64,000 nt of DNA from a virus. The DNA is taken from positions 1 to 64,000 of the IMG/VR virus record IMGVR_UViG_3300023174_000089, one strand, 5' to 3'. A program made the translations under genes and the position numbers. Below the pieces are notes generated by a model. That model did not search any database and was not told the DNA's origin. It saw nothing but the letters and a program-made list of their open reading frames with translations. This document shows positions 30,370 through 48,283 of the stretch, piece by piece (the stretch's first letter is position 1; every line of letters starts with the position of its first letter).

Positions 30370-31173
30370 TTATGATATCCATACACAGGCTTGTTGTGTA
30401 CCAGAGGGCTCATACGTAATTCTTACAACACCATTATTTCCAGGTAAAGCATTTTTTGTGACTTGGGCCGGATCAATCCCACCTGTTGTGCCAAATCGAT
30501 TACCATACACAATATAATTATTAACAAGTGTTTGGGCTTGGCCACCTCTACCATAAGCTAAAAATCCTGGTCCTCCTGCTGCACCACCAAATGAAATTGG
30601 GTCAGAAGTGTCTATTCTAAAATCTGGATCACCAACAAAACCAAGATATCTTTTATCTTCACCTTTACCTGTAATGAGATTGGTATATGATCCTGCTGGC
30701 CAGTTATTAAAATTCAAATCTCCACCAATGTGACTATAGAGTTTTGAGAAAAAGCTCTCAGAAAGATATCTTCCACCATAAACACTCATATAACTTCCAA
30801 AAGTTGTTGTTCCTGTTGAAAAAAATGTAGGATGAAAATGAAATCCAGTAACTCTAAGTATATCTCTAACATAAGTTGGACTACTTAAAAGTGTAGGCAT
30901 AAACCATTCATCCGCAGCTGCACCACCTTGACCAATAGTAACACTTATTTGTTGTTTAACTTGTAATACACTAACATTTTCTACTTTTACATATCCTCCA
31001 CCAGCACCAGCTCGACTATAATTACGCCATTGTCTAGTTTGAGTTGGATAACTATCTCTGGCTATGGCATTTCCTCCGCCACCACCGCCACCGATAATTT
31101 CAATGGCATTAACTGATGACCAATCATCGGGAACAGTCCATGTTTGACTGGACGTTAATATAATTTCAATCAA
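30370..31173 (-). CDS. Glycine-rich putative adhesin/fibre-tip protein
   Basis: TWTVP...IEIIGGGGGGG, GAGGG, G..GVVRITY glycine-rich domain signature. Confidence 0.6.
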   Translation of the reverse strand: MIEIILTSSQTWTVPDDWSSVNAIEIIGGGGGGGNAIARDSYPTQTRQWRNYSRAGAGGGYVKVENVSVLQVKQQISVTIGQGGAAADEWFMPTLLSSPTYVRDILRVTGFHFHPTFFSTGTTTFGSYMSVYGGRYLSESFFSKLYSHIGGDLNFNNWPAGSYTNLITGKGEDKRYLGFVGDPDFRIDTSDPISFGGAAGGPGFLAYGRGGQAQTLVNNYIVYGNRFGTTGGIDPAQVTKNALPGNNGVVRITYEPSGTQQACVWIS

Positions 31174-31174
31174 T

Positions 31175-31774
31175 TTAAGAAAATCCTAAAGTAACCACTA
31201 AAACTGTATTTGAAGTGGTAACATTATAACTGTTGACTACAACATAAACTGAGTTTCCTGTTGCAACATTGAAGTTTGAACTGGGTATATTAAAAGTTCC
31301 TAATACGGAAACAGGAATGTTTAATAAACTACCAACAAAATTTGTTCCATTGTAAATTGTTACAACAGCACTACCTGAACCATTTACTACTCTAGATGAC
31401 AAATACTGTAACGTTAAATTTCTTGGAGAATAATTAGTAAAATAGTATGTGTTTGAAGTGATGACACCTGTAATATTTAAAGTTGCTGTTGTGTTTGCAA
31501 ATGGACCTGTTGCACCAATAGGTCCGGTGGCACCAGTTGAACCTACCGGTCCTGTTGCACCAGTTGAACCAATAGGTCCTGTTGATCCGGTTGCACCTTG
31601 AGGTCCAGTAGGACCAGTAGCGCCAGTAGTTCCTGCACCAGTAGATCCTACAGGTCCTGTTGCACCAGTAGAACCAATAGGTCCAGTAGAACCGGTTGCA
31701 CCAATTGGCCCAATTGGTCCTGTTGCACCACGGCCTAACCCACTATTTGCAAGTTCACTTTGTTTTAATGGCAT
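31175..31774 (-). CDS. Short collagen-like protein
   Basis: Gly-X-Y run (GATGPIGST...) followed by a beta-rich C-terminal domain. Confidence 0.8.
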   Translation of the reverse strand: MPLKQSELANSGLGRGATGPIGPIGATGSTGPIGSTGATGPVGSTGAGTTGATGPTGPQGATGSTGPIGSTGATGPVGSTGATGPIGATGPFANTTATLNITGVITSNTYYFTNYSPRNLTLQYLSSRVVNGSGSAVVTIYNGTNFVGSLLNIPVSVLGTFNIPSSNFNVATGNSVYVVVNSYNVTTSNTVLVVTLGFS

Positions 31775-31784
31775 TTAAAACCTT

Positions 31785-39261
<7,477 letters not shown>

Positions 39262-39300
39262 GGTTCACTATCCCCTTTGATTTAAAACATACTTCTATAA

Positions 39301-40461
39301 CTAAGTATTTAGTTTAATAGTTTGAGGCAAATCGTGAGGATAATTTTTCTTTAACCAATTCAATTGAAGTCTTGCATCATTTCTTTCATACCAACCATTA
39401 CCAGTGTAAACATTTAAAACGGATTGAAAATATTCCTCATACATTTTGCCAACTTTCTCCAATGTAAAGTTTTCAGCAAAAGCACGACAATTTTTAGGAT
39501 TTATATTGTGTATATTTTGTGCAGCCCACATAAATTGTTCAAAAGTTCTACAACGATAACCGGTAATACCATGAATATTATTTTCTGTAAATGAACCCCA
39601 ATCGGTTGTAATAGTAGGAGTTCCAGAGAACAACATTTCTACCTGAACACCGCCAAAAGGTTCAACATACATTGATGGCACAAAGGCTGCTTTTGCACCA
39701 GACATTAATTTTCTTCGTGTTTCAACGTCAGCATAACCAATTTCAGTAACATGAGCTGGTATTTCTTTGTAACCCATTTGTGTCAATGAGTTTTGACCAG
39801 CAATAACTAATTTTGCACCTATTGCTTCAGTCGCTTGAACGGCAACATTAACACCTTTGCCATCATACACACGACCTAAGAATAGAAAGTAATCTTCTTT
39901 TTTCTCCTGAAAAGTAAAATCATCAGGATCGAAATAGTTTGGAATTACTGCATCATACCAATCTTGTTTACAACTGCCAACTGCTGTCATTCCATAATAA
40001 GCGTGATAGATTGCATATGATTCAAATATTTTCCAACGAGCCCAATGGCCACCAGCATAACCAATTCCTGGTTCTACACAGATCATATCAGAGTGTGCAT
40101 CACAAACTGGACGAACACCAGAACCCCAAAATGGAAGAATGAAATCGTGTTTTTGTTTTCTTAGACCAACTTCACGGATGGCATTTTTATAAAATGTTTG
40201 ATAAGCGTGGTCATTGACATCAAACTTATAGAAGTTCTTCCGCCAGTCATAATCACCATAAGCAATTTCTAAATCTTTATTGGTGGTTACTGTAACGTGT
40301 TCATCACAAACTAAATTTGAATCTTCGTGACCATAGTGAATGATGGTATGGCCAAGAGCCTTCATCATTTTACCAAACTTAACTACCTTTTGTGTATAAG
40401 CACAGGCATTATATTCTTTTGAAGATACTGTATGTGGTAAACCTAAAATATGAAAACGCAT
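39301..40461 (-). CDS. Glycosyltransferase, GT-B fold (GT4-like)
   Basis: FLFLGRV...[25 protein letters not shown] donor-binding motif. Confidence 0.88.
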   Translation of the reverse strand: MRFHILGLPHTVSSKEYNACAYTQKVVKFGKMMKALGHTIIHYGHEDSNLVCDEHVTVTTNKDLEIAYGDYDWRKNFYKFDVNDHAYQTFYKNAIREVGLRKQKHDFILPFWGSGVRPVCDAHSDMICVEPGIGYAGGHWARWKIFESYAIYHAYYGMTAVGSCKQDWYDAVIPNYFDPDDFTFQEKKEDYFLFLGRVYDGKGVNVAVQATEAIGAKLVIAGQNSLTQMGYKEIPAHVTEIGYADVETRRKLMSGAKAAFVPSMYVEPFGGVQVEMLFSGTPTITTDWGSFTENNIHGITGYRCRTFEQFMWAAQNIHNINPKNCRAFAENFTLEKVGKMYEEYFQSVLNVYTGNGWYERNDARLQLNWLKKNYPHDLPQTIKLNT

Positions 40462-40482
40462 AATAAAATCACCTTTTAAAAA

Positions 40483-41859
40483 TTATATCGTGATTAGCCT
40501 TCTAATCATTTTAACAGTATTTATTGCTTGTGTGGGACGGAAATATAGGTTGACCAAATTGTTGTTTACGTCAGCATCAAACTGACCTAAAGTAATATCA
40601 CTTACCAATTCACCATATTGTGTCATAAAGGCACAGATACCATTGTGCATGACTCTCAATTCAATTACTTGATAATAAGAACCTGAAGTAATCTGAATTT
40701 CATACTTAGCACTTCGATAAGTATAAATGTCAAAATTGTCAACGGCAATAGGATTTGTGGTAGTTGTATCGAACTGTATAATTGAAACTCCACCACCAGC
40801 AGCTTCTAGTGCTGTTGCTGATGTGATGCGACCAAAACGATCAACCGTTATAATTGGAATTCGATTGGCTGAACCGTAAGTTCCAGGACTTACACCAGTT
40901 TCAGTTAATGCAAATGTACCAGTACCGCCAGTCCCACCAGTTCCACCGGTTATGATTGTTGTTGCTGTGCCTGTACCTGATGTTAATCCTGAGGCATACG
41001 GGTTACTATACAACACAGATGAAACATTTGTTGTTACTGCTAACGGTCTTGCAGTTGCTAAATCTGTTTTTAGTTTTGTTGTTCCAACTATTTGTAATAA
41101 AGAGTTTTGTGTATCACCTACACTTGAAAAAGTGAGAACAGTTTGGTAATCTTTTACGATAGCCAATGAGTTTTGATAGAAATTGATATCACCATTACGT
41201 CTAACATTTAATAAAGATTCTAAGGCATTGACATCAGTTATAATTGTATTGATACTAGAAACAGAAATATTACTGTAAGTATTTCCATCAAATTCATATA
41301 AAGAATTGCCTAAAGTTATTGCATCCTGAATTATTGAATTGCTTGTTGAATTAACATCATCACGAATATAAAGACTGGTGAAATTACCTAGTATAGGTAC
41401 ATTATTCTGTGTTTGGTCCGCTTTATTCGTTAATGCTAAAACCTGTCGACCTATCGATAAGGCAGTATTTAAATCTGGATACAAAACCGTATTTGCTGAG
41501 CGTTCAACACCAGAGATATAATCTGTATGTGTTTTAAAATTTGAAACTGCTGTAAGTGTATTGATGACAGATGTGTATAGAGTATTTGCTTGAGTTGGTG
41601 CAGCATTAAATGTTATATTACTTGTATTACAATTAGCAGCCATGCCATTTAAAACGATTGTAATATTATTCAATACTGATGTGTAAGGATTTTGATAATA
41701 TCCTGTGGCTGTGGCAGATGCAATGTCATCAACCTGCCATTGGCTTAAATTGATTGAAGAATTATTAAGAAAGTTATTTGCACCAGGAGCTAAATCAACA
41801 TCATCACCAAATTTGGTGGTATCAAAATTATAACCTAGTCGATTGTATATGCTAGACAT
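40483..41859 (-). CDS. Virion structural protein (helical N-terminus; fibre-type C-terminal domain)
   Basis: GTYGSA..IP.ITVD.FGRIT motif and C-terminal YRSAKY.IQI...E..V.H.G domain; follows gp5. Confidence 0.55.
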   Translation of the reverse strand: MSSIYNRLGYNFDTTKFGDDVDLAPGANNFLNNSSINLSQWQVDDIASATATGYYQNPYTSVLNNITIVLNGMAANCNTSNITFNAAPTQANTLYTSVINTLTAVSNFKTHTDYISGVERSANTVLYPDLNTALSIGRQVLALTNKADQTQNNVPILGNFTSLYIRDDVNSTSNSIIQDAITLGNSLYEFDGNTYSNISVSSINTIITDVNALESLLNVRRNGDINFYQNSLAIVKDYQTVLTFSSVGDTQNSLLQIVGTTKLKTDLATARPLAVTTNVSSVLYSNPYASGLTSGTGTATTIITGGTGGTGGTGTFALTETGVSPGTYGSANRIPIITVDRFGRITSATALEAAGGGVSIIQFDTTTTNPIAVDNFDIYTYRSAKYEIQITSGSYYQVIELRVMHNGICAFMTQYGELVSDITLGQFDADVNNNLVNLYFRPTQAINTVKMIRRLITI

Positions 41860-41860
41860 A

Positions 41861-42604
41861 TTATGATTCCATTGGTGCGTTTAGAGGTGGCGATGTTGGG
41901 AATCCACGGTTACCAATATGTGTATGCATGTTTACTTTGATTCTGAACATTTCTACTGAACCAAACATATCAGAAACCATTGGTGCAAACATTGATACAC
42001 CTGCATCGATAGTTGTTCCTGCAATCATGTAACCTAAAGTTTCAACAGATTTGTTACCAGATACAGAAAGACCTGCTGTTATATTACCATCAGCCTGAAT
42101 AGACTGTGATGTGCCTATATCACCACGAACATATAGATCAGCATTAACATTAACTGTTGATGCACCTAGTGTAATATCACCTGAAGAATTAATTTCTACA
42201 TCACCATCAACAGATTGTATTGCATCACCGGAGATGGCTTGATTGACATCACCTTTGATATTTTGAAAAGCTGATCCATCAATTTGTGTGTAAGCATCAC
42301 CTTTTACATGAAGCACCGAATTACCTTCAATCGTTATATTACATATGCCTTTAATTAATACATTTTTATCAGAGGCAATAATCTCATAACCTTTGCCAAC
42401 AATTTTGTGAACTTCATCACCATTTGGGTGCATCTCAATGAATGAACCAGAACGGTGTTGTATGCGCACACGTTCCCGTGTTGGTGTATCATCCATTTCA
42501 AATGAATGACCAGATTCAGTTTGTTGTATATTATTATATGAATATATTGGCTGGTAATCAGTATTGGCTGCTGATTCCGGTTCGGTCCATGACATATCTG
42601 GCAT
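41861..42604 (-). CDS. Central spike, gp5 C-terminal beta-helix portion
   Basis: TESGH.FE.DDTP..ER....HRSG.F.E.HP.G motif; ends in HTH.GN.G.PTSPP. Confidence 0.8.
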   Translation of the reverse strand: MPDMSWTEPESAANTDYQPIYSYNNIQQTESGHSFEMDDTPTRERVRIQHRSGSFIEMHPNGDEVHKIVGKGYEIIASDKNVLIKGICNITIEGNSVLHVKGDAYTQIDGSAFQNIKGDVNQAISGDAIQSVDGDVEINSSGDITLGASTVNVNADLYVRGDIGTSQSIQADGNITAGLSVSGNKSVETLGYMIAGTTIDAGVSMFAPMVSDMFGSVEMFRIKVNMHTHIGNRGFPTSPPLNAPMES

Positions 42605-43539
42605 TATGGCTTCACAATCGTTTTTTGAGTTGGCACAATAGTTTCTTTATCGGTCAATGCCTTTTCAGCTGCAATTGCAGATGAGTTGGCTAAAGAAACA
42701 TTACCTTCTAAAATATTTTTCTGTATTTCTTGGCCAACAGCAATTGCTCCCGAAATTCCACTAACCGCTTCATTTAAACATTGTTGTAAAAGTTTAGCAA
42801 TTCTAGTTGGTAATGTGGCAATATAATTAACTAATTTTTGTAATTCATCTATTAAATCTTTTGCTGCTTTAATATTATCTTGCACCTTTTTAATAAATTT
42901 TTGTACCACTTTAATTTGTGATTTAATTGTTTTCACTGCACTTCTTATCTCATCAGCAAAAGGACTCGATGATGCACTAGCCCAAAGTGCTTTAAGTTCT
43001 GTTCTAATTACTTCTACAAGTTCACTTACTTTAAATGACATCTTGGCGATTTCAAATTTCATACTCATAGATATATCACATACGTGAGCAACTTTTGAAT
43101 TTGATTCTGCAATAGCCGTTTTATCAACTACACCTCTTGATAAAGGTGAAAGTGTTGGTTTTCCAACTTCATATTGAACCTGACCTTTAGGTGGCGTTGC
43201 AGGTTTTAAATCACTTTGAGGTGAAAATCCTTTACTTTTATCTGGTGAGGCTTCAAGACCAGGAAAAACACCCATCATTACTGGCGCTTGAGAAGAACTA
43301 CCATCTGAAAAGAAACCCATCACATAATCACCCAATCTAGGTGCACTAAATGATTTTGAGTTATTAACAGGATTAACCGCTGCAGCCCAAGGCAAATCTT
43401 TAGTTGGCAATTCGGCTAGATTATCTGTATGGTGACCAAAGATACGAACCTTTGCACGACCTAGTTTGGCAGGATCATTAACATCCTCCACTACACCATA
43501 CCACCAATTAAATCCGTCTTTTCCTATAAAATTGTTCAT
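42604..43539 (-). CDS. gp5: Baseplate hub/spike, gp5 N-terminal OB-fold portion plus helical domain
   Basis: F.WW.GVVED..DP..LGR.KVRIFG.H, LPWA, G..V.GFF.DG...Q.P..MG motifs; no lysozyme domain seen. Confidence 0.85.
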   Translation of the reverse strand: MNNFIGKDGFNWWYGVVEDVNDPAKLGRAKVRIFGHHTDNLAELPTKDLPWAAAVNPVNNSKSFSAPRLGDYVMGFFSDGSSSQAPVMMGVFPGLEASPDKSKGFSPQSDLKPATPPKGQVQYEVGKPTLSPLSRGVVDKTAIAESNSKVAHVCDISMSMKFEIAKMSFKVSELVEVIRTELKALWASASSSPFADEIRSAVKTIKSQIKVVQKFIKKVQDNIKAAKDLIDELQKLVNYIATLPTRIAKLLQQCLNEAVSGISGAIAVGQEIQKNILEGNVSLANSSAIAAEKALTDKETIVPTQKTIVKP

Positions 43540-44912
43540 TCTTCTACTGCCTCTTTAAATTCAGCTGTGTTGATATTTTGATAATTACTTGGTACACTAT
43601 CTTTACTAATCTCAACAACGGTTTGATATTTGTTTGGCTGTATGATATGCCTTACTGCTGTGACCAAATATTTACCTGAATAAAATTTATCTAATTGTTT
43701 CTCTCTTGTTTCTGGTTTCAATGACATCAAATTAAATTCAATCGTTCTTCCTACTGTGAGGCCTGGATCTCCAGGTATCGTTATCTTAACTACAGTATAG
43801 TTTGCCAATGCTATTTGTGCTGTTCTATTCGGTACGTAAGTTTCTACTGCAATATTTTTTGCAACTGATCCTGGTATTTCTTTGAAATAAGCTGCATCAT
43901 TTTGTCCTGAGTTTGATAATGCCACTTTTAAAGTAGCGTCATATGTTTCATACTGTGTCAAACCTAATCTATTTTTTAGTGCATTACTGACATCACCATC
44001 ATTTAATGAAACAGCCTGATCTTTGTATTTTGAATAATTGAAATCAGTTATTTTGTATGTTCTTGTTAATGGATCGATAGATATCAATCGGTTTGCAAAT
44101 GTACCGGAACTTATTTCATTTACCGAATCATATGTCTTAACGAACTCATAATCCAAAACACTTATTGTTTTTTCTTTGAACGATTGTTTGTCCATTTCAA
44201 TGTTTTGTGCCTGATATTTATAGGTGGCATATGGTTTTTCTTTAAACATTGATTGTAATGATCTATAATTATAACCTTCTTTTGTTTCAAAAAACAACAT
44301 ATCAGCACCAATTGAACCATTACCAGCAGGCCGAGCATATGTTGATAACCAACTAATTGCTTCAAATGGTTTTAATCTTGGTATTACAAAATCATATAAA
44401 CCTGTTGTGGGTTCAATAATATTAATTTTATCTTTCGATACTCTTAATCTATCAACTAATATATTTTCAACTATATCTGATATTTTATAACCAGTATATG
44501 ACTTACTAATTTTAATTTGTTCAGATAACAATAATTCTTCAGAACAAAAATATAATGTATATGTTTCTGTGTTTAAATTGCCAGAAGGTTTTTTATCACC
44601 AATTTTATATACACGAAATAATTGAATATTGTTATTTGGCCCATTCTTTACTTTGCCAAAGTTAACTTCAATAAATTCATTACCAGTTAATTGAAAGAGT
44701 TCAATGAAACCTTGAGAGTCGGTAATTGTAATATAACCAGATGCTGTAAAACTATACAAATCTTCATAGTATGACATATCGACCAATAATTTCTTTAACT
44801 CAAACCTTTGACCACTAGCAGTCAAAAAATTTAGAGTTTCTAAAGAAAAATCTTGTGCGTAGTAGGCGCCAGGAGATTCTACACCTACAGATGATTGATC
44901 AATTTCTGCCAT
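43536..44912 (-). CDS. Putative baseplate hub protein (gp27-like)
   Basis: Located between gp53 and gp5; YED...SG.I.I.DS, FFET, IPGD..L.VG..I and SGKYLVTAVRH motifs of hub proteins. Confidence 0.6.
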   Translation of the reverse strand: MAEIDQSSVGVESPGAYYAQDFSLETLNFLTASGQRFELKKLLVDMSYYEDLYSFTASGYITITDSQGFIELFQLTGNEFIEVNFGKVKNGPNNNIQLFRVYKIGDKKPSGNLNTETYTLYFCSEELLLSEQIKISKSYTGYKISDIVENILVDRLRVSKDKINIIEPTTGLYDFVIPRLKPFEAISWLSTYARPAGNGSIGADMLFFETKEGYNYRSLQSMFKEKPYATYKYQAQNIEMDKQSFKEKTISVLDYEFVKTYDSVNEISSGTFANRLISIDPLTRTYKITDFNYSKYKDQAVSLNDGDVSNALKNRLGLTQYETYDATLKVALSNSGQNDAAYFKEIPGSVAKNIAVETYVPNRTAQIALANYTVVKITIPGDPGLTVGRTIEFNLMSLKPETREKQLDKFYSGKYLVTAVRHIIQPNKYQTVVEISKDSVPSNYQNINTAEFKEAVEE

Positions 44913-44913
44913 G

Positions 44914-45507
44914 TTATGCCATCAATTTTTTAAACTGCTTTTCTAATTCACCTACGTAACTTGAATTTAATAGTTTTATGTTTCTGTATGATTCATTTAA
45001 ATCAGATTCATAATCATAATAAGAAACAGTTCTTTTACTTGTAGTGATACTAAAAGGTCCAGTGGCCATACTACGTTCAAATATACCTGTGCTCATTGTA
45101 TTGTATGTGTTTTGATCGATTGTGTATTTTTCTACCGTGGTCGTATTTGTATTTAAATCAATTTTTGTAATTACTTTTTCATAGTGATGTATTGTTGACT
45201 TTGTATTAAAAGTATATTTGTCCGCCAAATAGGATTCAAACACACTTGATTGTAGCGGCCAATGCCATTGTGGATCTAATATTTCATTAACATATAAAAC
45301 AATCCAGTAACGATAAGAATCACCATAATACTTATAAGCAATAATTTCTGGTGTATCACCTTCTTGTATATCATAAGCATAATATACTAAAGGATTTTTT
45401 AATATTTCTGGAATAATACTACATCTTGCCATCAGGTTAACCATTAAAGATGATTGACCATTTGGCTCCGTTTTTATAATTTTAGGAAGTGTGTCGAAGT
45501 ATTGCAT
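44914..45507 (-). CDS. gp53: Baseplate wedge protein gp53
   Basis: YF..LP, Y.I.EGDTPE.IA.KYYGD...YWIVL..N.I.DP...WP LysM-like motif. Confidence 0.88.
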   Translation of the reverse strand: MQYFDTLPKIIKTEPNGQSSLMVNLMARCSIIPEILKNPLVYYAYDIQEGDTPEIIAYKYYGDSYRYWIVLYVNEILDPQWHWPLQSSVFESYLADKYTFNTKSTIHHYEKVITKIDLNTNTTTVEKYTIDQNTYNTMSTGIFERSMATGPFSITTSKRTVSYYDYESDLNESYRNIKLLNSSYVGELEKQFKKLMA

Positions 45508-46514
45508 TAATAACCTTGATTTTCTATTTTTTCTCTTGTAATGAGTTCGATTTCTTTAAAATTGATTGTTACTGTTGTTTGCACTGGTGCACCATCACCG
45601 AATGTGGAGAATCCATTAGGTGAATAATTGACATCAATACTTTCAATCACACTTTCTGCAACACGACCAACATTCTGGTTTCTTTTACCGTCAAATAAAA
45701 AATCTAAATTAAATGTCGATGGAGGAATAAAAAACATTCCTGCTGTGCCTTCTACCAACCTTGGTGCCGCATGCATCTTTAACATTTTTACAATTTTTGC
45801 AACTGTTTCGGCTTCTTTTTTAGAATATGGTGTAAATGTAAATGCCATTTGATATGTTCTGAAATCGATGCCATCAAATAGTAATTGTTGTTGTGGGTTG
45901 AAAGCGATACCAGCACCTTTAGCCAACAATCTTGCTGGCCCACTATTTGCTATAGAAGCAAGTGCACCAACTGCTTTTCCTGCCAAAGGTACTTGTGAAG
46001 CAGCATCAACTAAACTTAATTGACCATATGAGGCATTGTATGTAAATGCCATTGTGTCTGGTATATACAAAGAAATTGTTGCAACTGATCTTTTTGTTGG
46101 ACTTTTAATATTAATATTTTCATTGCCCAAAAATTCTTTTACGCCAGCAACACCTTTATCTAAAGCAGACTCGATTGTAAAATTTTCAAGTGGATTCTCT
46201 ATTTTTCCGTTTCTTACATTGTCGACAAAGGTGCCTACATTTTTTTTGGCGGTTTCTAAAGATTCACCAGCTGAACCGAGTATTTTATCTTTAGCTTTGA
46301 TGAATGAACTTTTTACTGATTCATAGGTTGCTGGTTCTACTTCATTGACATTGATTACTACAACATGGCCTCTCGTAGATGTTTGTAAATCTCTTGGATA
46401 TTGTAAGTCTGTTCGACCAAACTTGTTTCCAAACAGAGCACCCAATGGTCCTTCAACCACAGCACCAGGTATAGAAACACCACCTATGGAATTTGGTATG
46501 GTAATGATAGCCAT
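45507..46514 (-). CDS. gp48: Baseplate tail-tube cap gp48 (likely start MAIITIP at 46514)
   Basis: LQYP.DL, ISLYIP, NP....LF.G.DFR...F.F.P.S..EA, F.EIE..TR motifs; late promoter just upstream of 46514. Confidence 0.8.
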   Translation of the reverse strand: MAIITIPNSIGGVSIPGAVVEGPLGALFGNKFGRTDLQYPRDLQTSTRGHVVVINVNEVEPATYESVKSSFIKAKDKILGSAGESLETAKKNVGTFVDNVRNGKIENPLENFTIESALDKGVAGVKEFLGNENINIKSPTKRSVATISLYIPDTMAFTYNASYGQLSLVDAASQVPLAGKAVGALASIANSGPARLLAKGAGIAFNPQQQLLFDGIDFRTYQMAFTFTPYSKKEAETVAKIVKMLKMHAAPRLVEGTAGMFFIPPSTFNLDFLFDGKRNQNVGRVAESVIESIDVNYSPNGFSTFGDGAPVQTTVTINFKEIELITREKIENQGY

Positions 46515-46543
46515 TAAGTCCTCTGTAAAAAAGTTATACATAG

Positions 46544-46551
46544 TATTTATA
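46544..46551 (-). promoter_or_regulatory. T4 late promoter TATAAATA for the gp48-gp53-gp5 operon
   Basis: Perfect consensus at the divergence point. A TATACATA variant at about 46535-46542 on the plus strand may drive gp4. Confidence 0.7.
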
Positions 46552-46985
46552 TGGCTTATAATGGACGTTTCACACCTTCTAATCCTCAAAAATACGTTGG
46601 GGACCCTAAAAATATCATCTATCGCTCATCTTGGGAGTGTAAGATGATGAACTGGCTCGACAAAAATCCAGATATTATATCGTGGGCTTCTGAAGAATTG
46701 ACTATTCCATACAAATCTCCGTCAGATGGCCGTTGGCATCGTTACTTTCCAGACTTCTTGGTTAAAGTAAAGACTAAAAACGGAACACTAAAAACCATGT
46801 TACTTGAAGTGAAACCAAAGAAACAAACGGTTACTCCTGAACCTAGAAAACGTGTTACCAAACAATATGTAAACGAGGTAGTTACATATGGAGTCAATCA
46901 GGCTAAGTGGAAAGCAGCAACCGAATACTGTTTAGACCGTGGTTGGGAGTTCAAGATTATAACAGAGGAACATCTAGGACTCTAG
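46551..46985 (+). CDS. gp4: Head completion protein gp4 (TnsA-like nuclease fold)
   Basis: Y.G.F.P.NP.KY.GD..NIIYRSSWE, W.SEE..IPY, HRYFPDF, EVKP.KQT, NQAKW.AA motifs. Confidence 0.92.
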   Translation: MAYNGRFTPSNPQKYVGDPKNIIYRSSWECKMMNWLDKNPDIISWASEELTIPYKSPSDGRWHRYFPDFLVKVKTKNGTLKTMLLEVKPKKQTVTPEPRKRVTKQYVNEVVTYGVNQAKWKAATEYCLDRGWEFKIITEEHLGL

Positions 46986-46998
46986 ACTAAATAATCCA

Positions 46999-47595
46999 AT
47001 GGGATCAAAACTTACACAACTGGCTAAAGAAAGAACCACTGCTCAACTACAAGTAATGGGCCGTGAGTCAATTAAATGGTTAACTGCAAAGATTGCTGAT
47101 TTAAGAAATCCATCTGGAATAGCATCAACAATCAATAATGAGGCCTTTCGAAAAAGAAATAGATTTGTAACTGGTGGTTTGTATTATTTTTACTATGACC
47201 CCAAAACAAAAAAAGATATGCCATACTATGATAGATTTCCTCTGGTATTGGTATTAGAAAGATATAAAGATGGTTTTCTTGGTTTGAACCTACATTATTT
47301 ACCGGTAAAATACCGAATTGCACTTTTGGATAAATTGATGGATTACGCCATCCTTGACGGCAATAATGACATTATGCGTATGAGAGTCAGCTACGATATT
47401 TTAAACGCCTCCAAGCGTTACAGAGAGTTTCGGCCATGCCTTAAAAAGTATTTACATGGTCACATACAATCAAAAATACTTGCCGTCCAACCAAATGAGT
47501 GGGATATTGCGGCATACTTACCAATTCAACAGTTTAAAAAGGCAACTGTAAATGAAGTTTGGCAAGATTCATTAGACGAAATAAGGAAACACTAA
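46999..47595 (+). CDS. gp2: DNA end protector protein gp2
   Basis: Y.YDPKTK..MPYYD.FPLV, GF.GLNLHYLP motifs; CTAAATA upstream at 46987. Confidence 0.88.
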   Translation: MGSKLTQLAKERTTAQLQVMGRESIKWLTAKIADLRNPSGIASTINNEAFRKRNRFVTGGLYYFYYDPKTKKDMPYYDRFPLVLVLERYKDGFLGLNLHYLPVKYRIALLDKLMDYAILDGNNDIMRMRVSYDILNASKRYREFRPCLKKYLHGHIQSKILAVQPNEWDIAAYLPIQQFKKATVNEVWQDSLDEIRKH

Positions 47596-48264
47596 ATGCC
47601 TCGTACCATTAACGACTTTAAATCCACTTTCACAAAAGACCTAGCCAGAGCAAATAGGTTTGATGTAAACATTCCCATTCCTTTAACTTTAATACCATAC
47701 ATCAAATCTGCCAAAAATTTGACATACCGTTGTGAGAATGCTCATTTACCTGGCAGAAGTTTAATGACTGTAGAGCAAAAGATTGGATCAAATCCAGTTG
47801 AAAAGTATCCATATCTAACTGGTTACAACGATATCGATTTAACATTTATTGTTGACGGCGATATGCAACAGAAAATATTTTTTGATGCATGGATAAACTT
47901 TATCAATCCAACATACAATTATAATTTTAGATACAAAGGTGATTATGCAACAACAATGCAAGTTAATCAATATGATTTAGAAAATAAAATATCATATTCG
48001 GTTAATTTGTTTGATGCTTTTCCGATTTCAATGAACCAATTAGATTTGGATTGGTCATCAGACAATCCACATAAACTTTCAGTAACTTTTGCATACACCC
48101 GTTGGAGTAATAATTCGTTACAAGCATTTGGTATGGAATTGGTCGATGCAGGTTTGGCCAATTTCTCAGATATAGTTGGCGGATTAGGCGGAAATGCTCA
48201 AGGTGCTTTGAGTAATGCTGGTCAATCAATAATAAACAAGGTGCAAAATACTATATTCAAGTGA
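47596..48264 (+). CDS. gp54: Baseplate tail-tube initiator, gp54-like (tube-protein fold)
   Basis: LAR.NRF.V.I, C....LPG, F..W...I, L..AFP, L.V.F.Y..W motifs; lies between gp2 and gp26. Confidence 0.7.
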   Translation: MPRTINDFKSTFTKDLARANRFDVNIPIPLTLIPYIKSAKNLTYRCENAHLPGRSLMTVEQKIGSNPVEKYPYLTGYNDIDLTFIVDGDMQQKIFFDAWINFINPTYNYNFRYKGDYATTMQVNQYDLENKISYSVNLFDAFPISMNQLDLDWSSDNPHKLSVTFAYTRWSNNSLQAFGMELVDAGLANFSDIVGGLGGNAQGALSNAGQSIINKVQNTIFK

Positions 48265-48283
48265 TTTTATAAGGAGATAAATT

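Noticed and set aside
46551-46985. TnsA transposase or homing endonuclease
   Set aside because: The fold is shared, but motifs and synteny identify head completion protein gp4.
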